Source: Pseudomonadales bacterium
GTDB taxonomy: Bacteria > Patescibacteriota > Microgenomatia > UBA1400 > PJMF01
Length of the DNA: 64,000 bases
Reading direction: 5' to 3'
NCBI GenBank assembly: GCA_020632235.1
Contig: JACKFY010000004.1
Location: 4,811-68,810 of the forward strand
A model generated the notes under the pieces. That model made no database searches. It had not been told where the DNA came from and was given only the letters and a program-made list of their open reading frames with translations. This document shows, piece after piece, positions 9,476-17,732 of the stretch (its first letter is position 1; each line of letters starts with the position of its first letter). The position numbers were made by a program, and so were the translations under genes.

Positions 9476-11425
9476 CTACCCAGCACCCCCTCCACCCCCG
9501 CCCCCACCTCCGCCGCCTCCTCCAGAAGAACCACCAGAACTGCCCGTGCTACTCGCACCATAGCTAGCGGTAGTGGCCGCGCTAATACTACTAATACCAT
9601 CAAGTGCAGCAAGCGAGTGAAACGAGCCACCAGATCCAGAACCCCAGGTAGCTTGTGCACGCTCTGCCTGAGTACTTGAAAACTGGACTGGTAGGTCTTT
9701 GAGCACTTGCTCTGATACACCCAACACTGTGCCGTACACCAGGTAGTTTTCCCACATCACCAGCGAGTCTATCGGTGCATCTGCTGTCACGCGGTATTCC
9801 TCAATGTGTTTTTTGAATGCCAGCCACTCGGCTGCAGTCTCTGCCCCTTTTTTTGTTCTCTTTTCGGCGAACGCAAGCGCCAAAGAGGCAGTAATGATGC
9901 CACACACGGCAAGTCCCACCAGTCCGAACAGAGCAATTACTGACACTTCGAGCGAAAACGGCATAATAGGTAACTCTTGTTCCAGTCTATCGGCAAACAA
10001 CGAGGTAAAGAAAGCAACCGAGAAAATAGAAAAAATAAGAAGCCCAGCATACCACCCATCTTTGAGCGATGATCCAGTGAGAAATCCTTGCGCAACAGCT
10101 TGTCTATGAGAGAGCATGCCAAATCCAGGAAAGAATGCAGAAGCATATTTTGGATCTTTCTTTATATATTTTGGCAACTCTTTGAGAGAAAGAAGAGGGG
10201 CGGTGCTTTCAACATGCGCTGATTTTTTGAGAGGCACTGTGTGTAAAAACGACAAGACTGACTGCTGTAGCTCGGATGGATCATTTTCTCTCGTAACAAA
10301 CTCCAAAAAGTATTCATAGTTTTTAAAGATTGTGCCTGTTTTTTTAGCACTGCGGTGCACACGCACAAAGCCGTCTCTGACCAACGTCAACACAGTAGCA
10401 GTAAAAGCTTTGGGTGTCAGATTCTGGCTAATGCGAATGACTTGCTCAACAATAGCTGGTTCAAGATCACTTGGTGGCTCCCACAGTCGATCTGCTAGGT
10501 TGGCCGCAGGCAGCGGTACCTCTTTGCCTGTCTTCCAAAAATGAGTGATCGTTTTCCAGATCAGCGCCATCTGGATCACCAACGCACCAAAAAATAGCAT
10601 GCTAAAGAAAAGTTGCTGGGTATAGCTTGCTTGTTGTTGGCGCTGTGTTTCGTCTTGGAAACGCTGTTCTTCTGCACGAATTTCAGATTCACTGAGTGTG
10701 CCTGATGCTGTGTTTGTAAACGTCTTTGGGGCAAACAACACTCTACCCTCAACAAACTCGCCGGGAGGAAGAAAGGGGGTAGTAAAGGTAACCAGCTCGT
10801 CTTCTGGACGCGCCACTACTCCATCAAGCGGGCCATGTGACCACGCCTGCATAACGGCAGAGGAAAGCTGTTCTGGCACTCGCAAGCGTACCGAGATGTT
10901 GTTTTGAGGCACCTCCCACCCGCCCCCCACCCACTGCCAGTACAACTCTTGGACATCTTGGTGGGCAGTGACTGCACCTACAACGTCGTACGAGAGAGTA
11001 AAGCGTCGCTCTTCATCCTGGGCGCGGTAAAACCACCGCACGTAGTACTCATCACCTCCATCTATCACATAAAACGTGCCTGGCTCTCGCAGTACATCCA
11101 GCTCGCTAGCGCGTGCACCTGGTAGCTCTTGATAGCATGTTGTTCCCTCACACAGCTGAATGTTCTCAATTTGATAAGTTTTCGATCTACCAGAGTAGTT
11201 TGATTCTTTTGGAATGTACTGATACACAAATGAAAAATTGCCATCAAAATGATATGTGCGCTCTTCGCTCACGCTCATCACGCCCGAGTCATCAAGCTGG
11301 GCTGAAATAGAAACTTCAGAAATATCGTACGACTTGGCAAACAGAGGAGGGGGCAGGGCAAGCAAAGTAAGGCCTGCAACACAGCAAACAAACAGGGTGA
11401 TCAGCCAGCGAGTAACGCGCATCAA
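9476..11425 (-). CDS. DUF2207-like membrane protein with a poly-Gly/Ser C-terminal tail
   Basis: N-terminal signal/TM, a beta-rich ectodomain, central TM helices, and the tail SSGGSSGGGGGGGGGGGGGAG typical of DUF2207 proteins. Confidence 0.65.
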   Translation of the reverse strand: MMRVTRWLITLFVCCVAGLTLLALPPPLFAKSYDISEVSISAQLDDSGVMSVSEERTYHFDGNFSFVYQYIPKESNYSGRSKTYQIENIQLCEGTTCYQELPGARASELDVLREPGTFYVIDGGDEYYVRWFYRAQDEERRFTLSYDVVGAVTAHQDVQELYWQWVGGGWEVPQNNISVRLRVPEQLSSAVMQAWSHGPLDGVVARPEDELVTFTTPFLPPGEFVEGRVLFAPKTFTNTASGTLSESEIRAEEQRFQDETQRQQQASYTQQLFFSMLFFGALVIQMALIWKTITHFWKTGKEVPLPAANLADRLWEPPSDLEPAIVEQVIRISQNLTPKAFTATVLTLVRDGFVRVHRSAKKTGTIFKNYEYFLEFVTRENDPSELQQSVLSFLHTVPLKKSAHVESTAPLLSLKELPKYIKKDPKYASAFFPGFGMLSHRQAVAQGFLTGSSLKDGWYAGLLIFSIFSVAFFTSLFADRLEQELPIMPFSLEVSVIALFGLVGLAVCGIITASLALAFAEKRTKKGAETAAEWLAFKKHIEEYRVTADAPIDSLVMWENYLVYGTVLGVSEQVLKDLPVQFSSTQAERAQATWGSGSGGSFHSLAALDGISSISAATTASYGASSTGSSGGSSGGGGGGGGGGGGGAG

Positions 11426-11573
11426 ACCCTAGTATAGGCTAAGGAAAGTAAAAATGCTGCTACAAGTTTGTTTCACGCGTGAAACAATGTAATGACCTGG
11501 AAGTAGCAGTCGTGAAATGGCGGTGAAACCACCGTAAAACGGTATTGAGTATTTTCTGTGTGCAAAAAAAGTG

Positions 11574-11648
11574 AGGCGCGAGCGGGATTCGAACCCGCGA
11601 ATCGAAGGATTTGCAGTCCTCGCCATTAGACCACTCTGGTATCGCGCC
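11574..11648 (-). tRNA. tRNA-Cys (anticodon GCA)
   Basis: The reverse complement folds as a cloverleaf. Acceptor GGCGCGA/TCGCGCC, anticodon loop CTGCAAA, T-arm GCGGG-TTCGAAT-CCCGC. CCA is not encoded. Confidence 0.85.
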
Positions 11649-11733
11649 CAGACTACTCCTATATCGTACCACGCTTTGTTTGAATTTTAGTCGAAAACTA
11701 CCCTTTCTCGTTATTTTTGATACAATCAAGTGT

Positions 11734-11964
11734 ATGGATGGTACCTTAATCCCCGATGTAACAAAATTATTTTGGGGTGACGACCTGCAAGAACTCAGCT
11801 GGGAAAAACACCAGCGCTACATCACACAAACCATCTTGGAGCAGGGTAACGAAGTAGCTGTTGAGTGGCTACTATCACTCACACCTTCTCACACACTAGG
11901 AGCACACCTGCCCACACTTCGTTTGTCAGAAAAAACCCACCAATTTTGGAGCTCTGTTTTATGA
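11734..11964 (+). CDS. Small protein (76 aa), putative partner or antitoxin-like protein of the downstream nucleotidyltransferase
   Basis: Its stop TGA (11962-11964) overlaps the ATG (11961) of the next gene, giving an ATGA coupling. The motif LFWGDDLQELSWEKHQRYITQTILEQGNEVAVEWL resembles small proteins found upstream of AbiEii-like genes. Confidence 0.4.
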   Translation: MDGTLIPDVTKLFWGDDLQELSWEKHQRYITQTILEQGNEVAVEWLLSLTPSHTLGAHLPTLRLSEKTHQFWSSVL

Positions 11965-12607
11965 TGCACCCTGCCGTTTTACCGAAAAAAACAAGTCAGC
12001 TCGTCAACAACTTTCAACAAGTAGGTGCTGATTTCTTACAACCATTCTACCTATCTGGCGGCACAGCACTTGCATTACAACTGCGTCACCGAGAATCCAT
12101 CCATCTAGATTGTTTTTCACACAATCCGTTTTCCCCCGAAGCAGTACTCGCACAATTACAGTCATTTGGTCGCCCAACTGGCGTTGCAATGAGTCACGGC
12201 ACGCTTAATTGTTTTGTACGTGGGGTGCAGCTACAATTTCTTGAGTATCGCTATCCACTACTTCAACCTACAGTGTCATGGAGTGGACTCAATGTAAGTG
12301 GCGTGCTTGATGTAGCTGCGACCAAACTGCACACCATTAGTGCCAGGGGAAGCAAAAAAGACTTTATTGATCTTTGGCGCGTACTGCAAGAGGGGTACAC
12401 GCTACAAGAACTTTGTAAAGCACTGGAAAAAAATATCAGGATGTTCACTATAACACCGTCCACATTGTAAAATCACTCACCTACTTTGAAGAAGCGGATG
12501 TCCAACCGTCGCCCAAAATGCTCACCGATGTACATTGGCCAGACATCAAAAAAGACATCAAGCAAGCAGTGAAAAAATACGTACAATCTCTAGAGACCAC
12601 TGTTTGA
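11961..12607 (+). pseudogene. Nucleotidyltransferase of the AbiEii/AbiGii (DUF1814-like) toxin family, interrupted by a -1 frameshift in an A7 tract (12427-12433)
   Basis: N-terminal FYLSGGTALALQLRHRESIHLD matches the family. After the A-run the +2 frame reads KYQDVHYNTVHIVKSLTYFEEADVQP...*, the family C-terminus, ending at 12607. The frame as sequenced stops at 12470. Confidence 0.6.
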
Positions 12608-12614
12608 GCCTCAA

Positions 12615-13496
12615 CTACAACGCCTTCAGCTCAAACTCTGCCCCGCCTTCAGGATAATCAAAGCGCACCGCAGCCGTTTTTTCACCCATGTGATGCACAC
12701 GAAGGAAAAGCTCTACAAATGGGTTGTCATAGCCTGAAGAGCCAATATTGACTGCCAGCATGCCACGGTCCACCGCAAACCCACCAGTCGAGACAACACC
12801 CAGCATACTCACGTCGTTGAGGATAACCTGCACCTTTTGACCATCTTCCAGCCCCATTGATGCAAGATCGGACTTGCGCATGCTAGTCTTGATGTTTCCA
12901 AAGCCATCAGTCCAGGTCACGATGTTGTTAGGGATCTCGGGAATGTCGTCAATAGAAAGCTCATCGGTCAAAATAGAGGTATCACCATTGACCAGCTGCG
13001 CCACCCGCTTGGGGAAAAAATCACGCGAGCGAAACTGCGAGCCACTATCGGGTGAGTCAATAGTGCGAAACTCAACAATGCGAGACTTGAGAAAACCAAA
13101 GGCATACGGCGAGTTGACATTGATCACCTCGGTACCGGTATCAAGCCTGGCGTACTTGATGCCATGATCTTTGTTGTTCTTGCGGGCTTTGTCAGAGGTA
13201 CGACGCGGCGCAGCATTACCATAGATCACTTTTCTTAATTTGCACTCGGCCAATGCGAGCTGGGCAGTCACAAATCCAAGCGCTACGGTATCAAGTGGCG
13301 GCACCTCGGTATGATGAATGTGCACCTGACTACTATCTTCTAGATTGTCGAGAAGTCGGGTGATAATCTCGCCAAACTCTAGCCCCCCAGCTTTATAGTC
13401 ATGTACATTGTGAAGTAATACGCGCGGCATAACATCCTCTCGTCTAAAAAGTACTTGCAAAGTAGTGATTGTATCTGTCATCGGTGCTATTGCCAA
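12615..13496 (-). CDS. SAM hydroxide adenosyltransferase family protein (DUF62, SAM hydrolase)
   Basis: The WTDGFGNIKTS block matches the family D-x-FGN motif. The true start is probably the internal Met at about 13430. Confidence 0.65.
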   Translation of the reverse strand: MAIAPMTDTITTLQVLFRREDVMPRVLLHNVHDYKAGGLEFGEIITRLLDNLEDSSQVHIHHTEVPPLDTVALGFVTAQLALAECKLRKVIYGNAAPRRTSDKARKNNKDHGIKYARLDTGTEVINVNSPYAFGFLKSRIVEFRTIDSPDSGSQFRSRDFFPKRVAQLVNGDTSILTDELSIDDIPEIPNNIVTWTDGFGNIKTSMRKSDLASMGLEDGQKVQVILNDVSMLGVVSTGGFAVDRGMLAVNIGSSGYDNPFVELFLRVHHMGEKTAAVRFDYPEGGAEFELKAL

Positions 13497-13518
13497 GCGG
13501 TGGTATAATCAAAGCCCT

Positions 13519-14475
13519 ATGCCTACAAAAAAACCAAAAAAAACCAAAACAACAAAGCAAACAAAGACTGATGCGCCTTCAACGCAAGCTCCTATCGCCC
13601 CAAACACCAGCATTACCCTCACTATTCCTGCCAAACAGGCAACTACCGCCTACAAAAAAACCCTTGCCAAGCTGGCACAACAAGTACGCGTGCACGGCTT
13701 TCGCCTAGGAAAAGTGCCAGCACACATTGCACAAGAGCAGCTGGGTAGACCCTACGTGGTAGAAAAAGCACTCGGCGATCTCTTGCCAGAACACTACCAA
13801 ACAGCACTCAAAAAAGGCGCATACACCCCGCTGACCTACCCCCAGTTTTCCATTGTCAGTAGTGAAGAAGGAAAAGACTGGGAAGTAACAGCCCAGTTTG
13901 CCCAAAAGCCAACGGTGACGCTCAAAAACCACAAAAAAATCATCACAGACGCTAAAAAACAGCACCAAGCAGAACAAAAAAGGAAAGATGCTGAAAATAA
14001 AAAGAAAAAAGCAGACGCAAAAAAAAGTGCTCCAGAAAGAGAGCAGCCACCAGCTGACCCCAACCAAGCAGTGCTACAAGCTATCTATACAGCGCTTATA
14101 ACCACCGTCAGCCCCCATATTCCCGACCTACTCATCAAAGATGAGGTAGAGCATGAGCTGAAAAGCTACACCAATCAACTCAAGCAAATGAACATGACGC
14201 TAGAGGACTTTTTGAGTCGAAGAGGTACGGACTTCACCACCTTTACGTCGGGACTGGCTGGGCAGGCATTGGGCAGGCTGCAGCTCACCTTTATCTTGCA
14301 AGAACTAGCAGAAACAGAAAAACTTGTGCCGTCAGAAAAACAGATTGACACATATATTGCAGAACAGGCAGACAAAGACTTTGCTAGCAAAAACAAAAAC
14401 AACCCAGAGTACCGTGCCTACATTCGCCAGATGCTGCAGCGCGAGGCAGTAGAAAAATGGCTACTGGCTTTATAG
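13519..14475 (+). CDS. tig: Trigger factor-like chaperone (N-terminal ribosome-binding and C-terminal domains; the PPIase domain appears absent)
   Basis: GFRLGKVPAHIAQEQLG matches the trigger-factor GFRxGxxP ribosome-binding signature. Start chosen at MPTKKPKK. Length about 318 aa. Confidence 0.65.
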   Translation: MPTKKPKKTKTTKQTKTDAPSTQAPIAPNTSITLTIPAKQATTAYKKTLAKLAQQVRVHGFRLGKVPAHIAQEQLGRPYVVEKALGDLLPEHYQTALKKGAYTPLTYPQFSIVSSEEGKDWEVTAQFAQKPTVTLKNHKKIITDAKKQHQAEQKRKDAENKKKKADAKKSAPEREQPPADPNQAVLQAIYTALITTVSPHIPDLLIKDEVEHELKSYTNQLKQMNMTLEDFLSRRGTDFTTFTSGLAGQALGRLQLTFILQELAETEKLVPSEKQIDTYIAEQADKDFASKNKNNPEYRAYIRQMLQREAVEKWLLAL

Positions 14476-14635
14476 TATTCCCCCCGATTTTAATCGGCAT
14501 GACGGGTTGTGCTACGCTCGAAATGACGGAACAGAGAAGAATGGTCGAAGTGACAGATGGGTTTAATCTTGACTTTTTTTGTTATAGGATGTATACTGAA
14601 GTGTTACTCGGCATATCGAACTAGATCAAAGGATA

Positions 14636-15361
14636 TTGTGTTTTGACTCTGGATTGGCTATACTACCCCACTTTACAATAATGAAACCAGTGAACACCAA
14701 ATCACCAACAAAAAGCAGTGGACAGACCGGGCAGAACAGCAACCCGTTTGCCAGAGCGCTCGCCGAGACAGAGCAAGGTGCGTATCAAAGCGCCCAAAAG
14801 CCTGGCGGCATGGATACCTCATTTCTGCGTGACGCGCTCGCCCAAAGCGGCGGCAACTTCCCAACCGACAGCATACCTGGCAATGACCAAGATATGTTAC
14901 AACGTCAACAAGAAGAGCTAATGCGTCAACAAGAGCTCAAAGCGCGCAAGAAAAAACTCCACGACCAGATAAACCCAGTCAATCAAGAAAGTGTCTTTAA
15001 CGCCAAAGAAAAACGCGTCAAAGAAGAGCTAGAAAAAACCAGACAAGAGCTGGCCATGCTGGCCAAAGACATCGAGAAGTTTCGCAAAGACATTGGTGTT
15101 GCCACGTTTCAAGAGGTCACAGAACCAGGTACTGACGGCACCTACTACGTCTCGTTTTTCCAAAAGTTGCGCTCCTTTATCATGCTGCTCAGGCAAAAAA
15201 TAAAAAGTGCGAGCACTTGGGCAAACCAGTCAAATGGCAAAAAGAAAAAGAAAAAGCGCGGCAGCGCATTTATCATGGAGGGCAAAAGCAGCAATGAGCA
15301 AGGTAAGGCCATTTTTGACATGATGCACCACGAGGTGAGCAATGCCAGGAGTGGTGGGTAG
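14636..15361 (+). CDS. Hypothetical Lys/Glu-rich coiled-coil protein
   Basis: ORF only. The likely start is MKPVNTK at about 14678. No known domain recognised. Confidence 0.35.
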   Translation: MCFDSGLAILPHFTIMKPVNTKSPTKSSGQTGQNSNPFARALAETEQGAYQSAQKPGGMDTSFLRDALAQSGGNFPTDSIPGNDQDMLQRQQEELMRQQELKARKKKLHDQINPVNQESVFNAKEKRVKEELEKTRQELAMLAKDIEKFRKDIGVATFQEVTEPGTDGTYYVSFFQKLRSFIMLLRQKIKSASTWANQSNGKKKKKKRGSAFIMEGKSSNEQGKAIFDMMHHEVSNARSGG

Positions 15362-15559
15362 TTGACTGTCATGCTAGCTGGTTGTCACTCTGGAGCGAAG
15401 CGATAGAGTCTACAGTCACAAGCCAAGCGGTTGTCAATCTGAACTTGTTTCAGATTCAAAAAAAAACCCTACATCGTAATTCCAAATGACAATGGCGAAC
15501 CAGCTGAACCGCTCAATGTTGACTTTGAAACAGAAGGTGCTGATGCCACGAGCAGTGCT

Positions 15560-15796
15560 ATGCGAACCGGTCCATATGGCTATGTTCGAAGAGAGTGGGT
15601 AGTAGATCCTGACCAACCACCTGTAGAGCCAAATCAGTGGGATTTTGAACCAGAAGATTTAGGAACTAGTAGAAGGCGAAAACCTTACTTATATACTTCA
15701 AGAGGAAGTGAGGGGAAAGATAGCGGTGATGATAATGACAATGTCGTAGATTCAACTGCTAGAAGATTGCCAAAGAAAGATGAGCTAAAGGAGTAA
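15560..15796 (+). CDS. Hypothetical small acidic protein
   Basis: ORF only. The region is AT-rich. Confidence 0.2.
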   Translation: MRTGPYGYVRREWVVDPDQPPVEPNQWDFEPEDLGTSRRRKPYLYTSRGSEGKDSGDDNDNVVDSTARRLPKKDELKE

Positions 15797-15918
15797 TCTA
15801 TACAGCACGGACACATCAGTCTAGTAGAACTTGCGCAGCGGGGAGCAGATACCAAACGACTTGCCGAAGCTGCTAGAAGACTACCAGAGACAATGAGTAA
15901 AAAATAAAGAAAGGAAAA

Positions 15919-16230
15919 TATGACGGAAAGAAACAATGGGGGGGGTACGAAGCATTAAAAGCCATCGCCGACCAAAACCTTGCAGCATACAGGCAAATAC
16001 ATGCAGATGAGGAATGGCGCAACGAAAACATGGGAAAATGGGTGTTGCTTGTTGATGGAGTGTTGGTGGAGGTATTTGAGGAAAGAGACGAAGCCCTCGC
16101 ATATGGCAGGAGCAACCATGAAGGTAAAATACGTTATTTTACTCAAGTAGGCGAACATGCTGTCCAGCAAATTCCCGATGACACTATTGAAGTTGTGAGT
16201 CAACCTAGAGATGCCATTGGTTCTGAATGA
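15919..16230 (+). pseudogene. Small protein (about 104 aa if a G8 tract were G9), frameshifted as sequenced
   Basis: A strong RBS GAAAGGAAAATATG precedes the ATG at 15919. The G8 run at 15938-15945 stops the frame (MTERNNGGGTKH*). One extra G fuses it to the 66-aa ORF 16030..16230 (…YEALKAIADQNLAAYRQIHADEEWRNENMGKWVLLVDG…). Confidence 0.4.
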
Positions 16231-16274
16231 GCAAGCGCTCGTGGCATTTCTTCTTTCTCAAAAATAAAAAGCGG

Positions 16275-16348
16275 TGATCACTACTGGACTCGAACCAGTG
16301 ACCTCTTCGATGTCAACGAAGCGCTCTAGCCAACTGAGCTAAGTGATC
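16275..16348 (-). tRNA. tRNA-Val (anticodon GAC)
   Basis: Reverse-complement cloverleaf with acceptor GATCACT/AGTGATC, anticodon loop TTGACAT and T-loop TTCGAGT. 74 nt. Confidence 0.85.
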
Positions 16349-16408
16349 TAAGGCAAAAACTAGTATACCATCACCCAAAGAGGCTCGCGCGCCAGATTAC
16401 TACCAGGG

Positions 16409-16439
16409 TTTGCAATACAAGCAGAAGTAATGCTATAAT
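16409..16439 (+). promoter_or_regulatory. Candidate sigma70 promoter of the infC-rpmI-rplT operon
   Basis: TTGCAA (16409-16414), a 19-nt spacer, and an extended -10 TGcTATAAT (16431-16439). Confidence 0.4.
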
Positions 16440-16512
16440 CGCCGTTCGAACAGAAAGCATGTCGGGCACAACGTACCCATGCCAACATGCAGAAATGACT
16501 ACTTAAAGCTGA

Positions 16513-17049
16513 ATGAGAAAACGATACAACAGTAATAGACAAAGTAGTGTGGTGGCCAACCACCGCATTCGTTTTCCCACAGTCCGCGTAGTCTCAGACA
16601 CTGGTGATGCGCTGGGAGTGTTGCCCATAGCAGAGGCCTTGAGTGCTGCGCAGGATGCGGGTAAAGACTTGGTGCTCGTGACCGACCAAGCAAAGCCACC
16701 GGTCGTCAAAATTATAGATTTGGCAAAATATAAGTACCAGCAACAGCAAAAAGCAGCAGAAAGCAGAAAGAAATCAAAAAGCCAAGACATCAAAGAAGTA
16801 CGCTTTACCCCGTTTATGGGCGAGGGCGACTACCAATCGCGACTCAAAAAAGTGATTGGTTTTTTGCAAAAAGGTGATAAAGTACGCCTGTCGCTCTTGT
16901 TTAAGGGCAGAGCCATCACCAAAAAAGAGTTTGGCTACGAAGTATTTGACAAAGTCATTGCCCAGACTGACGATATAGCAACAGTCGAGATAGAGCCAAA
17001 ACTAATGGGCAAAAAACTACTCGCGCAGCTGCAACCAACAAAAAAATAA
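16513..17049 (+). CDS. infC: Translation initiation factor IF-3
   Basis: The VRVVSDTGDALGVLPIAEALSAAQDAGKDLVLVTDQAKPPVVKIIDLAKYKYQQQQK block matches IF-3. The true start may be a non-ATG (ATT/ATA) codon, as is common for infC. Confidence 0.85.
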   Translation: MRKRYNSNRQSSVVANHRIRFPTVRVVSDTGDALGVLPIAEALSAAQDAGKDLVLVTDQAKPPVVKIIDLAKYKYQQQQKAAESRKKSKSQDIKEVRFTPFMGEGDYQSRLKKVIGFLQKGDKVRLSLLFKGRAITKKEFGYEVFDKVIAQTDDIATVEIEPKLMGKKLLAQLQPTKK

Positions 17050-17052
17050 TCT

Positions 17053-17256
17053 ATGAAAAAGATAAAACAAAAAACACGATCTGGGGTAGCAAAGCGCTTT
17101 AAAATTACCGCTACGGGCAAAGTGTTGCGCAGATCACAAAACATGCGCCATCGCAGACGAATTAAGAGTAAAAAAGCTATTCGGGCGTACCGCGTGCCAG
17201 TTGAGGTCAAAGGCGTGTGGTCACGAAAGGTAAAACGCATGATGGGACTGGCTTAA
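17053..17256 (+). CDS. rpmI: 50S ribosomal protein L35
   Basis: A 67-aa basic protein in the conserved infC-rpmI-rplT position. Confidence 0.8.
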   Translation: MKKIKQKTRSGVAKRFKITATGKVLRRSQNMRHRRRIKSKKAIRAYRVPVEVKGVWSRKVKRMMGLA

Positions 17257-17276
17257 ACTAACAAACAGAGGATGCT

Positions 17277-17630
17277 ATGCCAAGAGTAAAAACAGGAGTT
17301 ACCAGAAGACGTCGTCATAAAAAAGTACTCAAAGCCACCAAGGGCTATCGCGGTGCTAACAGCAGGTTATACAAACGCGCGCACGAAGCATACCTTCACG
17401 CTGGAGCCTATGCCTACATCGGCCGAAAACTACGCAAGCGCGACATGAGAAAACTCTGGATTATCCGCATCAACGCGGGACTCAGGCAAATAGATGAGAA
17501 CTATAGTTACTCAGAATTTATTGGCAAGCTCAACAAGTCTGATGTAGGCCTCAACCGAAAGATGTTAGCCCAGCTGGCTGCCACTGACTTTACCGCCTTT
17601 ACCAGCGTGGTTCGAAAGGTGATGGGGTAA
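17277..17630 (+). CDS. rplT: 50S ribosomal protein L20
   Basis: MPRVKTGVTRRRRHKKVLKATKGYRGANSRLYKRAHE matches the L20 N-terminus. Confidence 0.9.
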   Translation: MPRVKTGVTRRRRHKKVLKATKGYRGANSRLYKRAHEAYLHAGAYAYIGRKLRKRDMRKLWIIRINAGLRQIDENYSYSEFIGKLNKSDVGLNRKMLAQLAATDFTAFTSVVRKVMG

Positions 17631-17655
17631 AACACACACCAACGAAAAAAACAAA

Positions 17656-17711
17656 CCCCTCACCTTGCGGTCTGGCCGACTGGACCAGAAAGCAATGGTG
17701 AGGGGTTTTTG
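17656..17711 (+). terminator. Rho-independent terminator after rplT
   Basis: CCCCTCACC ... GGTGAGGGG stem with a structured loop, then TTTTT. Confidence 0.7.
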
Positions 17712-17732
17712 ATATACTGAAGGCTAGAAGCT

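Noticed and set aside
11429-11729. ORFs 11429..11626(-) and 11460..11729(-)
   Set aside because: They overlap the tRNA-Cys gene and have no protein-like features. Spurious.
13705-14067. Antisense ORFs (120 and 75 aa) inside the trigger-factor gene
   Set aside because: They are generated by the Lys-rich AAA/AAG repeat on the sense strand. Low-complexity Phe-rich translation. Spurious.
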